NCBI GenBank assembly: GCA_003971905.1
Contig: RSEE01000028.1
Coordinates: 434,001 to 498,000 of the forward strand
From: Moniliella sp. 'wahieum'
Lineage: Eukaryota
Length of the DNA: 64,000 bases
Direction: 5' to 3'
The notes beneath the pieces were generated by a model that worked only from the letters and a program-made list of their open reading frames with translations, ran no database searches and was not told where the DNA came from. The position numbers and the translations under genes were made by a program. How positions within the stretch are numbered: the first letter of the stretch is position 1; the number at the start of each line of letters is the position of its first letter. This document shows positions 39,260 to 53,023 of the stretch, piece after piece.

Positions 39260-40883
39260 ATGGGAAATATCCTTACCCGACTCGAAGCGATGGGCGATCG
39301 CATGAACGACCGCTTTGAGGCTGTTGCCAATCCTTCATTCATCAGGTTTTATCGGTCTGTGTATTTCCAGATTGTGCTCGTGGGCATCGTCGCGTTGGCC
39401 GATCCTGGCATCTTCAATGCGATAAACAGCTTAGGAGCCGGTGGCCTAGCCGCCCCTTGGCTATACAACGCAAGCACAGCTTTGACATACGCGATCATGA
39501 TCCCAGGTTGCGCTCTTGCTGGGATATTGGCCAATGCGTTCATCGGGAACAAGTGGACAATCGTTCTAGGTGCAATCTTTTACACGCCATACGCGTCTGC
39601 CTTATACGTCAACAACCGCTACGGTACCGAGTGGTATATGCTATTTGGGGCCGCTCTATGTGGCATTGGCGCATCACTGTTTTGGGCTAGCGAGGGAGCA
39701 ATTGCTGTGGGATATCCTCTTCCATCAGAGCGTGGGCGCTGCATATCGGTATGGATGCTACTGAGAAACGGGGGGCCTTTGATTGGTGGTGCCATCTCCT
39801 GCGCAGTCAATCTCCGGCACGGCTCAAAGGGAGCTGGCCATGTTGCGCCAACAACCTATCTCTGTTTGGTGGGCGTCCAGTGCATTGGCGTACCTGCTGC
39901 TCTTCTTCTTTCCCGGTCAAGCGTGTTCGCCGATCGGATGGCACAGGCGTGCCTCACGTCACGAGGGGCCAAACCACCATTCTCAAAGAAACCAAGGCAT
40001 TAGGGCGTGCCTTGATCACCCTCATATTGTAGCACTTATGCCTATATTCATTTGTGGATTGTGGGGAACGGTAGTGCTGTCCAACTTTCTGGCTGCTACT
40101 TTCTCGGTCAGGACTAGGAGTCTCGCTTCTCTCCTGACGGCCATCTTCAACCTATTGGCAGATGTTCTGGCCGGGCTGGCCATGGACTGGAAAGCGCTTG
40201 GTGTGAACCCCGTGTACGCGCACGCAACCTTTGGTTCTTCCTTGGCACTGTCACTACTGGACTTTGGGTCTGGATGACTGTCACCGAGGTCCACTTGTCT
40301 CGACATCGCACGACAGAGTCTGGTGCAAAGAACGTCGCTGACTATGGCACCCCAACGGGCAAGTTCAACAATGCTTTTGCTCTCTACATTTTATGGAAGT
40401 AAGTTTCTTCTTTCGCGAGAGACTATGGTTTACTGACCTTTGTTTTCTTCTTTGTCAGGTTCATGTACGAAGCACAGCTCACCTTTGTCTACTGGCTAGT
40501 GGGGTATTTCCTCAAGTCCCGGGCTCGATTGAGCGGGAAATCGGGGTCTTGCGTTCATTTGAGAGTATTGGCTCTACCTTCAGTTACGTTGCTGGCGCAA
40601 CACATTTCTCTTTGCTTCATCAGGAAATCTTGTCATTTGCTTTGTGGGGGGTTGCATTGCTGCCCACCACATACGCTGTCTTCAGCATTCCCGAATCTCG
40701 GGCCGACGGAAGCGACGACGTTGGAGAAAGCCCTACCCCCAGCGACCATGCCTCTCAAGATGAAAAAATCAGCTCTATTTGCGATCCCCATCAACGACTG
40801 TTTACGACGAGCAGAAGCACACTGAACCTTACGATGAAGAGAAGAATGCCCACGTCTCCGTGCTGGTTACTGAGGTGCCATAA
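39260..40883 (+). CDS. UNC-93-like MFS transporter
   Basis: FQIVLVGIVALADPGIFNAINSLGAGG, GAALCGIGASLFWASEGAIAVGYP..ERGR, FSVRTRSL and GVLRSFESIGS. Intron ~40399-40458. Confidence 0.9.
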
Positions 40884-41612
40884 ACGGGGTATTCGCTTTA
40901 CATGTGGCTATATCTCCATGTCCTCACACTGTTGATACCACCGCGGCTGTGTGCACCTTTCTTATATATGATCCGTTGGCTTTTTCTGTTATTGCATGCC
41001 ATGGATTACATCGAAAGACTGAGTACTCAACGGAAGAGTACTGAGATGTGATACTTTATTAGTGTTGTGTGTTTGTGGACCTGCTGTCAGTTTGGCAGTC
41101 GCGTTACCGTCATTTCCTCACTTCTCCCCCCTTTTCTTTTGACCTCAGAAACTTACATGTATATACTGCAGCTTGTTCAAACCCTCAGGTGGGAACAAGG
41201 CACAAGGGTTTTTAGTATACGTAAACCACTATCATCACCATTGGATCATTAATCTACTTTTCTCCACTGACAGCGGGTGCCGCCACCCACAAAGGCACAG
41301 AACATGATGTCTGTTGTTGTTGAGAGAGCCGACGGGTATAGAATAGCGCCACACAGAGGCGACGCGTGGTCAGCTACATGCATGATGGCGCTGACATGTA
41401 TCCACACTTTCCGAGTCTCAACAGTTGACTTGGATGAGGGATAGGAATGGCCGTTGTCCCATGTTTCCATGTATAGGCGCTAACTGGTCATGAACGAGCG
41501 ACATGAGCAACGTGGGGCCTGCAGTCGATATTCCGTTCTTATAGTGATGACGCGTTGATGCGCGCTGATGTCAAATTTAATTCCGTCTTCAAGCTTGCGC
41601 AGCGCGCAGCCT

Positions 41613-41650
41613 TGAAGCTTGAAGCTTGAACGTTGAACGTTGAACGTTCA
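41613..41650. repeat. Heptamer array TGA-AGCT x2, TGA-ACGT x3, TCA, upstream of GH55
   Basis: Perfect 7-bp phase with a core switch, about 100 bp before the ATG. Confidence 0.95.
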
Positions 41651-41748
41651 TTTCAACCGCCAGCCTGTCCACGTGTTCAACATCATTGGGCGCAGTTGCC
41701 ATGTCGCCCCCATGGTGAGCTATCCCACTACCATTATCCCTTTCTGCG

Positions 41749-44375
41749 ATGGCTTCCGAGTTCGAACCCTTTTGGATGGAGTCCATCAAGCACAATGGGC
41801 AGTCCCCTTATCACCCTTCCTCTTCCTATGTCGTCTTTCGCAACGTGCGTGACTATGGCGCAGTTGGAGATGGAATTGCTGATGACACCGCAGCTATCAA
41901 TTCGGCCATCGCATCGCTTGCCCGTCCAACCAATGGGCAGCCAGCCCCGGGAGAGCGATGCGGGTTCATGGGAGAGAGCAGCACCGTTGCACCTGCTTTG
42001 GTATACTTTCCACCTGGTGTCTACAGGGTCAGCTCTCCTGTGATCAGTTTCTACTACACCCAGCTCGTGGGTTCAGCATCGGACCGGCCAACGATCCTGG
42101 CCGATCCATCGTTCCAAGGGTTCGCAATCATCGATGAGGATCCATATGGGCCTGGCGGGAAGAATTGGTACACTAACCAAAATAACTTGTACGCTATTGG
42201 TCTGGCTCTTGAATTAATGTGAAGTCTTGCATGTAGCTGACCATGTCGGCAGTTTTCGCGAGGTCCGAAATCTAATCATCTGCATGACAGAGGTTCCCCC
42301 GGAGCGGGAGGCGACCGCTATTCACCACCAAGTTTCTCAAGCAACTGGCCTCTACAATGTCGATATTACCATGCGCCCTGGATCGTGTCACAGGGGTATT
42401 TTCATGGAGAATGGAAGTGGAGGACTTCTCCGTCAACTCAAGATTACAGGTGGACATACTGGAGCCGTGTTCGGAAATCAGCAGTTCACGGCTCAAGACC
42501 TGGTCTTCGAGGACTGCAGTGTGGCAATTGATCACATTTGGAACTGGGGATGGGTCTTCCACCACATCCAAATCACTCGATGCAACGTTGGGATTATTGC
42601 TCGGGGGAAGCCTTCGATGGCGATCGATTCCGAGCGTAACATCAAGCTGCTAGTGCATGTACTCTCCTTGATTGGACAGTCATCGACACGCACACGGCAG
42701 TTTTGATTGAAGGAGATTGTACTAGTGTCAGTATGATAATGTGCGTTGCCGCTCATCCGTCATGTTGAACCCGTCTTGCGCCGTTACTAACTTGAGCTGG
42801 GCACCCACAGTGACAACTTGACACTATGTGATTGTGCTGCGGCCGTGCGGGATGCCAAAAGACTTCTTCTTCCTGGGCCTGGTGTTGACACGCACCAACT
42901 TCAACATCCCATCGTGGATCTCCACCCTCCAAGATCGCAGGGGCAACCCCCCTGGGTGCGGACGCCACGTGCACTCCCTCTTCTGGACCAAGATGGAAAC
43001 TACTTTCGTCGCGCAAGGCCCCAATGTACGCCCACCCTTTACCCCTCATTCCCTTCCTATGTTTATGTACTGAACAGATTCGTTCATACCGTTCGGTACA
43101 GACGAGCATGAACCTTCATATTTGTTCTACAATGCGAAAGAATGGGGCGCCCGAGGAGATGGCGAGAAGGATGATACTCTCGCTTTGCAACGTGCACTTG
43201 ATGCTTCTGCCAAAGAAGGGAAAGTCCTGTTTGGTGCGTGCTCCTCAAACTAGTGTGGTTCTGCGATCTGACGGAGGTTGTTTTTCTCCCAGTGCCCCAT
43301 GGAACGTACATGGTCGCATCCACACTTCATATACCATTGGGCACTCGTTTGGTCGGCGAAGTATGGTCAGTGTTCATGGGATATGGCGCAAAGTTCAGTG
43401 ACGCGGACGATCCTCAAGTCGTTTTCCGTGCTGGGAACCCAGGGGACGAAGGCATTCTCGAAGTTTCCGATATGATCTTTTCAATTCGTGGACCAGCCCC
43501 GGGAGCGATTGTGGTAGAATGGAATGCTCGGCAACCTGAGGGGCAACCTGGTGCTGTGGCATGTGGGACAGTCATATTCGGATTGGTGGGTTTGCGGGTC
43601 GAATCTGGAGGCAACCACAACCCCAAGCCGTGTTTCTCATGTGGAAGAGGCCGGGAGGGCCGGCTTCCTCGGCCTGCACATTACCAAGCCAGCTAGCATT
43701 TACGCTAGCAATGTGTGGGTCTGGGTTGGAGATCATGATCTCGATGGTTCTCACGACCAGATCAACGTTTTTTGTTCCCGTGGTGTCTTGGTCGAAGCAG
43801 ACCCTGGACCAGTCTGGTTATACGGGACGGGGAGCGAACACAGTGTGCTTTACCAGTACAACTTTAATCACGCGTCCAATGTGCTTATGCTTGTGGGGAC
43901 AAACCGAGACGCCTTACATGCTCGGGGGCGGGTTCCCATTGCCATGCACCATTTTCCCAGCCTCTTGCGCGTTGGGGGATCCCACCCCCCTGTTCCAGAA
44001 GGTCGCGGCTGTGGCGAGTCGCAGGATCCGCATGTGCATCGCAGCTGGGGCGCACTGATCCAGGATTGCCACCGGTGCACCATCTATGGGTTGAACCTAT
44101 ACTCCTTTTTCGATGCGTACGATCAGACTGGTTTGACGAAGCCACAAGGTTGTCAGCGTGCGCTGCTGCGTGTGGAGTCTGAGGAGGAGGTGGATGGCCA
44201 AGACGCAGTATACATCTTCCAGTTGGTACAGGTGGGAAGCCAGCTACTGATGGTGAAGAACGGGAACGACACTGTGCTTCCACTGGGGGAAAGTCGGCGC
44301 AACGGATTCAGCTCCTGTTGGGAAGCTTGGTCCAACGCCCGCGTCGGGGGGAGGAGTAGAATCCTTGACCAGTGA
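41749..44375 (+). CDS. Glycoside hydrolase family 55 exo-beta-1,3-glucanase (multi-exon)
   Basis: VFRNVRDYGAVGDGIADDTAAINSAI, VYFPPGVY, NWYTNQNN, GIFMENGSGG, GNQQFT, IWNWGW, a second GARGDG..DDT repeat, PVWLYGTGSEHSVLYQY and QTETPY. Confidence 0.95.
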
Positions 44376-45324
44376 ATGAATGGAGCATACACAAGAAATC
44401 ACATGCAGGATTGTATATGCGAGGCAAAAACAACACTGGCAGTGTCCAGGGTAAACCAAGAATCTCTCAGAGATCGGGCGCGCAAGTGAAGACAAACAGG
44501 TTCGCTCGACCGCTTATTATCAAGCCTCGCTCCAGATACGTGCACCGGATGCAGTGCTTTCCCAGTTACCGCCAGGGGCTAGGCTGCAGAACAAGGAAAA
44601 CAGATGCGATGCGAGAACAAAACGGAACTCCTATGCCTGGATGTTGGCCAAAACGCACGAGCCATTGGCGGTGGCTCAACGAAAATATATTTAGTCACTC
44701 AGTGGGCCTCACGTGGACCATTCGCCGACCTGGCATTACGTACATGTCATGCCGTCATGTCGAGATATTTAATTTCATTCGACAACCCATGTCAGGTACT
44801 GATGTCGTGACAGCAACAGCTTGCACGCCATCCCTTCCAACTTGCCGTCGTCCACCCGACTCCAATAGTCTCGGCTGTGCCCGGCTCATCTTGATAACTA
44901 GACCCGTGCCATTGAGCGCGCACACACCCTTGAACGTTGGGTGTGGCGCCAACCGGCAGTTCTCTGGGTGTGCACTTCACCCTGATGGATGTCTCTCATC
45001 CGCGGAAATGCTACATGTCCCCACTCCTGTCATCAAACAAGCCCCTGCTAGCATGCACGTCGGACATACAATATGATACGCCATCTCGTCGCCATCCATT
45101 GCTATCTGAAACGTCCTCACCTGGCCCACTGTCAACGTTCAACGCACTAACCACCTGCAAGGCTCGCAGGCGTGCTGCGCTGCTGTACTAATCATAGCCT
45201 CTCCTTGTTGAATGAGTGGTGTCAGTATCCTCTCCACACACCTGTACACTATAAGTTATCGTGCTCTCCTGTCCACCACCCCGAGAAAATCCCAGCTTTC
45301 CTCCCCATCCTTTTCAAGGCCATC

Positions 45325-47205
45325 ATGAGTGGATTCGATCCTGTCCATCTGCAAGACGATTCCTACCAGTTCCCCAACCCCATTCACAAGGTGGCTGTAA
45401 TTGGCGGTGGCCCTTCCGGGGTAAGTTTCTAACATAGGTCATCCGCATATTCCCATCTACGTCAGTCAGCTGTGTCTAGCTAGCTGCCGCTCGCCACCTC
45501 CGTGAGCATGGCCTTCAGCCTCGTCTGTTTGAGCGCCAAGCTGTGGTAGGTGGCACATGGAATTACAATCCGATTCCGACACCTTCGCTACAGGCGATTC
45601 GGAATCCCGCCTCGGTGAACGACTACAAGCCTTCACTCCCTCCAGCCGGTCAAGAGCTTCCGTTTAAGCAGCAGGATGAATCCCTGCAGGAGCGGATTCT
45701 AGAGTTGTCCCCGCCACCGCCTGTGTACAACAGCCTGAAGAACAATATTTGTCTGCCGTTGATGCAGCTCAAAGACTTCCCTTGGCCTACCGAGGTTGGG
45801 TGGAACGAGCCGCATTACGTACTGGCCAAGTACTTACAAGACTATGCCCATCACTTTGGCCTTGACCATCCCGACATTCTGAGCACTTCGACCCGGGTGG
45901 AAGAGGTCAAAAAGGAACCCAGTGGATCTTGGAAGTTGACACTCAAGAGTGTTAAAGACGTTGGCGGGAAGGCGGAGACAGTGTGGTGGACTGAGGAATT
46001 TGATGCGGTTATATCCGCCTCCGGCCATTACTCTGCTCCCAACATCCCCACACGCCTGGCTTAAAACAACTATGGTCCAAGTTCAAGGACTCCCCAGGAC
46101 AAGAGATCATCCACTCTAAGTCGTATCGTCATTCTGAAGGTTACAAGGACCAGACCGTTCTTCTCGTGGGCTGCGGGACCAGTGGGATCGACATCAACAA
46201 TGACATCTCGTACGTTCTTGCCCTTCAGTTCCCTTCATCAGTGCTAATTCCGGTACCACAGGGCTGTTGCCAAGCAAGTGTACCAATCGGTGCGTGACAC
46301 CATGCCCGAGAATCCAACCTACCGGTATTTACGACAGAAGCAGAGGGGGGATTACCAAGCCCAACTCTCAAGCCGTCGCCGAAGTCAAGTTGGTCCGGGA
46401 ACCAACCGAGGGAGAGAAGGGCATTGCTGTATTTGAGCTGAAGGACGGATCAGTCCTGACAGTGTGGACAGAGTGATTTACTGCACCGGTTATCAGGTGT
46501 CCAAGCCCTATTTATCCCAGTTCCACGACGATCGTCCCTCGGCCGACGATCTGCTCGTCATCCCTGGAGCGGACGAGGATCTGGCTGGCCGCTTGAAACA
46601 AGCGCAAGCGCATCGCACTGCTATCGTGATCGTGACCGACGTCGTGGTACAGAACTTGTGGGAGGATCTTCTTTATCGCTTCGATCCCACGCTGGCCTTC
46701 ATTGGTAGCCCTGTGGGCACAGCAACATTTTCTTTCTTCGAGGTTTGTCTTTTTTCCTCCAGCGCTTCGGCTTTCTGTGTACTGACTACATTTACAGTTC
46801 CAAGCGATTGCTCTCGCCCTTGTTTACTCTGGCAAGGCTCGCATCCCCTCACTGGCCAAGCAGGAGACGCTGTACTTCAACCGTATTCGATCCAAAGGCC
46901 CGGAAAGATGCTTCAAACAATGGGAGAAGATGGTGAGATTGAGTATGTGGCTCAGATTACCAACTGGCTGAACTCGGAGGGCAACTCGGTTGTTTGGCCA
47001 CATCCCAAACTTTCGGGCGTTACGCAAGTACACGTTGAGCGTATTCTCAGCACATCGCTGGCCACCCACCCCCCCCAAGTCCGTTACAGATCTTTCTGTG
47101 CCGGACTCATCCTTCGAAGCCGTTGTGGCCTTGGGTGATGATGAGAAAGACACCCCTCCTCTCCCGGCGGCCCTGCCTTCCAGCACCGTAGCCATCGGTG
47201 CTTGA
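45325..47205 (+). CDS. Flavin-containing monooxygenase (FMO family)
   Basis: VAVIGGGPSG, VGGTWNY, FDAVISASGHYSAPNIP, IHSKSYR...VLLVGCGTSGIDI and VIYCTGY. Introns near 45421-45483, 46211-46261 and 46744-46797. Confidence 0.93.
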
Positions 47206-49163
47206 AGTTTGACGGGCGATGAGAGAAGTATAGAGTGGTTTTGTCAATATCGTTGACGTTCTATACATGCGTTCACATATACGAAGTGAAGGTCATTATA
47301 TATAGCCACACTGCATTCATTAACCATCTGCTCCGCTCTTACATCTTTACGGGATGAATTCACGGGCTCTCCCTTCGAGACGTCTACAGCACATGTTTTT
47401 ATGAGCGAAGATGGTTCAATGAGATAAAATGGCCGACTTCCATATAGCAGCATACAGTTTATGTGGGGATGCTACAATCAGAGCCCCTCCGATATTCCTT
47501 TCCAAGCGGTATGCACACGTTTGCGCTAAACAGTGGAGAATGTATTAGCTCGGAGGGCTCGACTGCAAAAAGTCAAAAAGGAAAGAGTCGGAGCTGGAAG
47601 AGTCCTGTATAACGCCGTAGATCTCTTTCCAAATGGTCCTTCTGTGGACCCGGCCTGTCGTGTGGGCCTCCACCATACATTATAACGTGCATTATTCACG
47701 TGTGTGGCCTGTGAGATCCGGGATACGCCTGTCGACCCCGTATACTTTTGGTATACAGGAGCCCGTGGACCTCATCGAAGAGCTTTTTCACCAACATAAG
47801 TGTACTCTCTCGATCACTCTCGATCATCGACGATATCATCTCGATTGCTTGTTCGTGATACACGCGTCTTATGAGACGCGTCTCTTAATGAGGGTCCTCT
47901 CTCCCTCTGTGTTCCGTTATCGACTCTGCCTCTCCCATACAAACGTGTAATACCCTGCATCGGTGTGTTGTGCAAGCCAAAGAAATACACCACAGTTCGC
48001 TGAAGCTTCATCTGAATCCTGCCTGATTATTCCATCATGGCGTGCTTCCTTCATTTGTTGCGGTAGTTACTAGTTTATCGATCCTGCTATTCCGAAAGAG
48101 TAGGGAAAAAATGTATAGCCGCACTAGCATCATGCATCATCATGCATGATCTTCAATATATCAATTCTTGTGCGTTTTGATAGCTCTCCGTATACCCCAC
48201 CCGTCTAACGTTTATACCTCCTGCCGTCACGCGTCAGTCTCATGATCTCATACCGCCGCGAGTCAAAGCGGGTATAACAGCAAACGCAAGAAGCTTTGTA
48301 TTGTGTGCATGTGGAGCTTCAAGCTTCAAGATTAGTGCTAGTGGCTGGGACCTGGCGTCCGGGACCGGTGACCGGTGACCAGCATATCATATCGCCTCTC
48401 CTGTTGTCTAATAGCCGATTATCGCCGACAAGGCGTGCTGCCTTGAAGCTTGACATGTGCATGACGGAAGGTAGGAAGGATGGAGCTTGGCGTGTGCAGT
48501 ATGCCATTTGCATGGCTCTCCTTAGATCTCACGCAAGGATACTTTCAATGACATAAGGCAAAACCGCATAATGTGTTTGCCCCGCAGTGCCAAACGCGTC
48601 TTGGTCTATAGATATAGCCGAGGAGACCATCTTGATGCTTCTACTGATGTGCTGAGGACACATTCGTCAGATATAAGAAACGACGCTCAGATGCACCCTC
48701 TGGTATAAACCTAAGCTGTCAGCACTCTATAGCATTACCCGGCCTTGGCTCGCCGATGTTCACACGCCACTGCAACCATCTGCGATGCCCTCCCCGAGAA
48801 CTGTGTTAATATAGGGCCAATCTTGGGTTGACCCGAAGACGCAATGGCGCAACTCAATAACGGGTTGCATCTCTGTGCACATGTTGACCTAATAACCGCA
48901 GGGTTCCCTTTCAGGGCGATTGCGAGCCCGCGTCTGCCGTGGTGGATGCCATAAGCTTATTGGAGCTCCATGTCAGCGGCGAGTAGAAGTCCGACATTTG
49001 GATGCAAAGAACGCTGGGGGGGGTTTTCCTCGTCTCCCGTATCTCTCCAATCTCTCTTGCGTAGAAGTATATTAGAGAGCTGCCATATCGCATGCCAGCG
49101 TTTTCCTCCATCCCCCGTCCACATCCTCAAGAACCATTACCCGTTGCCCATTCCCCCACCACT

Positions 49164-50563
49164 ATGGCTGCTGCTTCCGTTGCCACCCAGGCCCACGATG
49201 TGGGCTCCCTGTCGTCGAAGCTGGAAGCGGTGAATCTCCAGTCCACACGGCCGCCGTCCAGCTGGAATACGACCCGAATGTGGACGAAAAAGTGATTCGC
49301 GAAGCGTCTGTTTGGCACGCCGTACGAACCCAACGAGGCTTTGGAACGTGGACCATGCCAAGTGGGCGGCCCAGCAGGGCCAAGCGCCAAGAAGCGTTTG
49401 CCAAGTTTCGTGCGTCTGGGTTGCCGCTTCATGTTGAAGGCCCGGCGGTCTGGGACGGACGGGTGTTGCAAGGTCAGCCGGACAAGTGGCTGCAGGAGTT
49501 AGCGAGAGCGAGAAGAGGAAGTGCAACGTGCACTGGAGCACTTTAAGACCTTGCTGCTGCTGCCCACGAAAAGGAACCATACAACTTTGATGCCATCTCG
49601 CCGGTGACCTTCCCTCTGCCCACGCTGAGCACGGCGCTTCATGCTGCGGCGGACAAGGTTCTGAATGGAGTTGGGATCCAAGTGTTCCGTGGCTTGGATC
49701 CGGACCAATGGAGTCGGGAAGAACAGATCATTGTCTATGCGGGCGTGGCATCGTACATTGGTGAAATCCGCCTGGCGCAGCAAACGGATAAAGCGTTGAT
49801 CCACCTTCGTGACCTGACCAAGTTTAAGAAGGAGGACCGACCTACGATCACTCTGAAGGGTACGTTGATTCTTTCCTTTGCTCATGGCAATGCCATCCGA
49901 ATTGAGGTACGCACGTCACGTGGTAGTCCCAAGCTAACATCGGTGGTTTGCTTGCCTTCCCACTTTCCAGGTCAGACTTCGGGCAACCAAGTGGCTCACA
50001 CGGACGCCGGCGACATCATCTCCCTCTTCACGCTGAGTCCTGCGGCGGAAGGAGGGTTGAGCCAGGTGGCGTCGGTAGGAGAAGTGTACAATTGGTTTGC
50101 GGAGCACCGGCCTGACTTGCTCAGCGTGTTGACCGACCCGAGTTGGGAGTGGGGCGGGCACGCGGCCATCCCCTTGGTTCACTGGTACCAAGGGCGCATC
50201 CTGGCGCAGTATGCGCGTCGTCCTTGGTTCCCCTTTTTCGAGGGGGAGCGCTTGGCCAACACGGTGGAACTGCCGTATGACAAGCACATCGCTCTTGACG
50301 GTCTTCACTTTACGGCCGCCGAGCGGTTTATCAATCTCGATCTCCAAAAGGGCGATCTCGAGTTTATCAACAACCTCCAAGTCTTCCACGCTCGCAACGC
50401 CTCGAACGACAATGACAAGACCCAGCGTCACTTGCTGCGTCTGTGGCTGCGTAACGAGGAGAAGCATGTGCCCATCCCAGACGCTCTCAAGCCGCTCTGG
50501 ACGCCCCTCTTGGACAACAAGAACCTCAAGTGGCCCCTCGAGGCTTGGGAAAAGGAAACCTAA
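49164..50563 (+). CDS. TauD/TfdA (clavaminate synthase-like) Fe(II)/2-oxoglutarate dioxygenase
   Basis: TFPLPTL, GIQVFRGL, iron-binding HTD (QVAHTDAGD), LQKGDLEFINNLQVFHAR and RHLLRLWLRN. Intron ~49860-49970. Confidence 0.92.
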
Positions 50564-51158
50564 ACGTTTCCGCTGGGCAACCATCAGGGACGTCTGTGGG
50601 TTCTGGTTAAGTATGATATATGATTGGTGATGTGCGTGGGAAACGGAGCAAAAAGCTGGTTCTATAGGATGTAGCAGTGTGGCCGTCTCTGTAGAATACT
50701 CAGAGAGCAGTTTCGCCTGTCGAAACCCCGAGGGGGGGAAGGTTGGCCATAAAGAGGCTTCTCTCACTTGGCAGTCGTCTCTTCCTTACATTTAACTAGC
50801 CTAGCTGTCTCTCTACAGAGACCAGGGATGGGCGGACAAAGATGAAGAGCCAAGAGAAACGGGCTTGCTGGCTCAAGGGGTGGTTTGCAACACATTTTCT
50901 TATTAGTACGGAATGGATCTACGTAGCATAGATGGCAGGCACGGTGCACCAGCGTCGCAACCGAGAACAAAACGCACAAGTCGTGAACTGTCGCAAGATC
51001 GGGACCGGTGCGGCCCAAGCGCCAAAATTAAAGCACTGAGACGTGACATGTTGGATGCTATCAAGCGGGACGAGCAAAGAGAGGGAAGAAGAGCCAAGCG
51101 AAAAAGTGTTGAGCTACTCAACTTGTAAGGAACTGGGGCGGCTTCCATGTCGGCTCTC

Positions 51159-51161
<3 letters not shown>

Positions 51162-51189
<28 letters not shown>
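51162..51189. repeat. (GA)n microsatellite
   Basis: About 14 GA units. Confidence 0.95.
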
Positions 51190-51190
<1 letters not shown>

Positions 51191-51589
51191 GACAGACAGG
51201 CTGCACTAAACTCGGCTCTGTGACAAATTGGTTCACCACCAATCGCCCTTTCTTTGCTGGGCTGAGCGCTCACGAGCCCTGCAACACGGCAGCAGGGGTA
51301 GAATTTCTACATCTCGACGCCTTGGCTTTTGGCGCGCTGCAAATATTGGCTTCCTTGACAAACGTACCATCTTACAAAAACAATCAAACAAACAAACAAA
51401 CAGACAGACCGACAGAGTTGGGGAAATGGCCGATAAACCGTTTCGCATCGTCTACCACGTGGCGGTGCGTGGATGCGAGTAGGATGATTGTAGAGGGAAC
51501 ATGTCGTATGCTTCAAACTGGGCGGAGACGGGTGTGGAGGGTAGCAGGAGGGAGAGGAGGGTGGGGGAGAGAGCAGGATAGACGTGAAG

Positions 51590-53023
51590 ACGATGGTATA
51601 CCAAGATACCTCAAATATGCGGTCATATGCGACAAAAGGCGACTGGCTGACAAGACGGGCGAGAGGGGATGCGGTACAGAACGGTGCGTTGGCGAGCAAG
51701 ATCCCAGAGGGGAAGAGAACTATCTACCCGAACCGAGCCAGCACCCTCAACGACCGAGGACAGACAGGCAGGGAACGTACCCTGCTTCTGACCCGGTGGT
51801 ACTTCTCCCGAGGAAAGCTACCGTGCCAGTTGCCACGTACTCTTATTCCATGGGAGAGACCGAGGATCGCTCGACAGGCGTGAGGATGCGTCGACGCGCA
51901 TTGATGAACCAATTGGAGATCTGGTTCATGCTCAGTCCCGTTGTTTCGCACAGGTGGCGCTTTCGTCCTCGGTGGGGTAGGGGTGGTTGACATGGTCCAG
52001 CAACCAGGTGCGAAGCAAGTCCGTTACTTCCTTGGGAAGTTTGCCGCGTCGCTTGACGATCGACGTGCGGGAGGAAAGGGGGGGAGGGTACATGTGAGAA
52101 GGCGGGAATCGCGGTGGGGCGCCTTCGGCCATGCCAGCGAGGGCGGGCAAGGGTTCCTTGGGACTAGGCCGGGCGGTAGGATGGGGTGAAAGGGCCGTTT
52201 CCCTCTAGGGCGGGGCGGCGAGGGCACACGGGCATAGGGATGATGCCGCACACCAGGACCCACATCCCTACTCTGGCTTGGGCGGGCAAGCCCATCACTC
52301 TCTGCGTTAGAGGAGCGAGGCGAAAGAGTGTGCACAGTGGTTGTCAAAGGGTGGGCGGCATCGTGCTCGCATAGATACCCGGTGGCGGGGGTACGTAATT
52401 GCCATACCTTGGGTCGAGGTAGGCAGCGTTCATCGCAGGCCCCTTGGGGCCATCCAGATGGGGCGGGAGATGGCTCGAGGGACTCGGGATAGTAGTACCT
52501 GCAGAAGCTGGGGCATAGGGAGGCGATTGCGGTTGGGCTTGGGGATAGGAAGCCACCGCCTCGCTCGCATCTGCTTCACCCGGGGCAGGGGTCGCGGCTG
52601 TCTCGCGGGTACGGGTACGGCGGCGGTGCCTGGGACGAAGGATGGGGCACATAGGGCGCACTAGCCTGGCGCGGGCGTCAGCGGCACCCCTTCCTTGGGC
52701 TGGAAATGCGAGCGGAAGAGCCGGTGCAGTAACCGAGTGAGCACGGGCATGTTGGTGGAAGAAGTCGGTGGGGAGGAACTGGTCGATGTAGGAGGATGCC
52801 GGGTAGGCGCTGCTTGGACGAAGGCAGGGCCGAGAGCGAGGTGCGAGGGCCGCGCGACGACGGATCTGCAGCGTCCGGGCCGGGTGGGGAGTCCTGGCTG
52901 GAGGAGAGGGGGGCAGAGACAGGCGGCTGGGGCGGTTCTGGGCGGCGAAGACAGTGGCGAGGCCGGGCAGAGGCAGGCGGGGCGGAGGCGGGGAGGGGGG
53001 GGCGCACTGGGGGTCGAGGCCAT
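51590..53023 (-). CDS. TALE-class homeobox transcription factor (Cup9/Tos8/TGIF-like)
   Basis: KRRGKLPKEVTDLLRTWLLDHVNHPYPTEDE, continuing across a 1-nt shift to LCETTGLSMNQISNWFINARRRIL at ~51890-52060. Pro-rich N-terminus. Both ends approximate. Confidence 0.9.

Noticed and set aside
51590..53023. Homeodomain gene as a mating-type HD1/HD2 locus
   Set aside because: The sequence matches the conserved Cup9/TGIF-like TALE type, and no divergently transcribed HD partner is visible. The next gene is ALG11.
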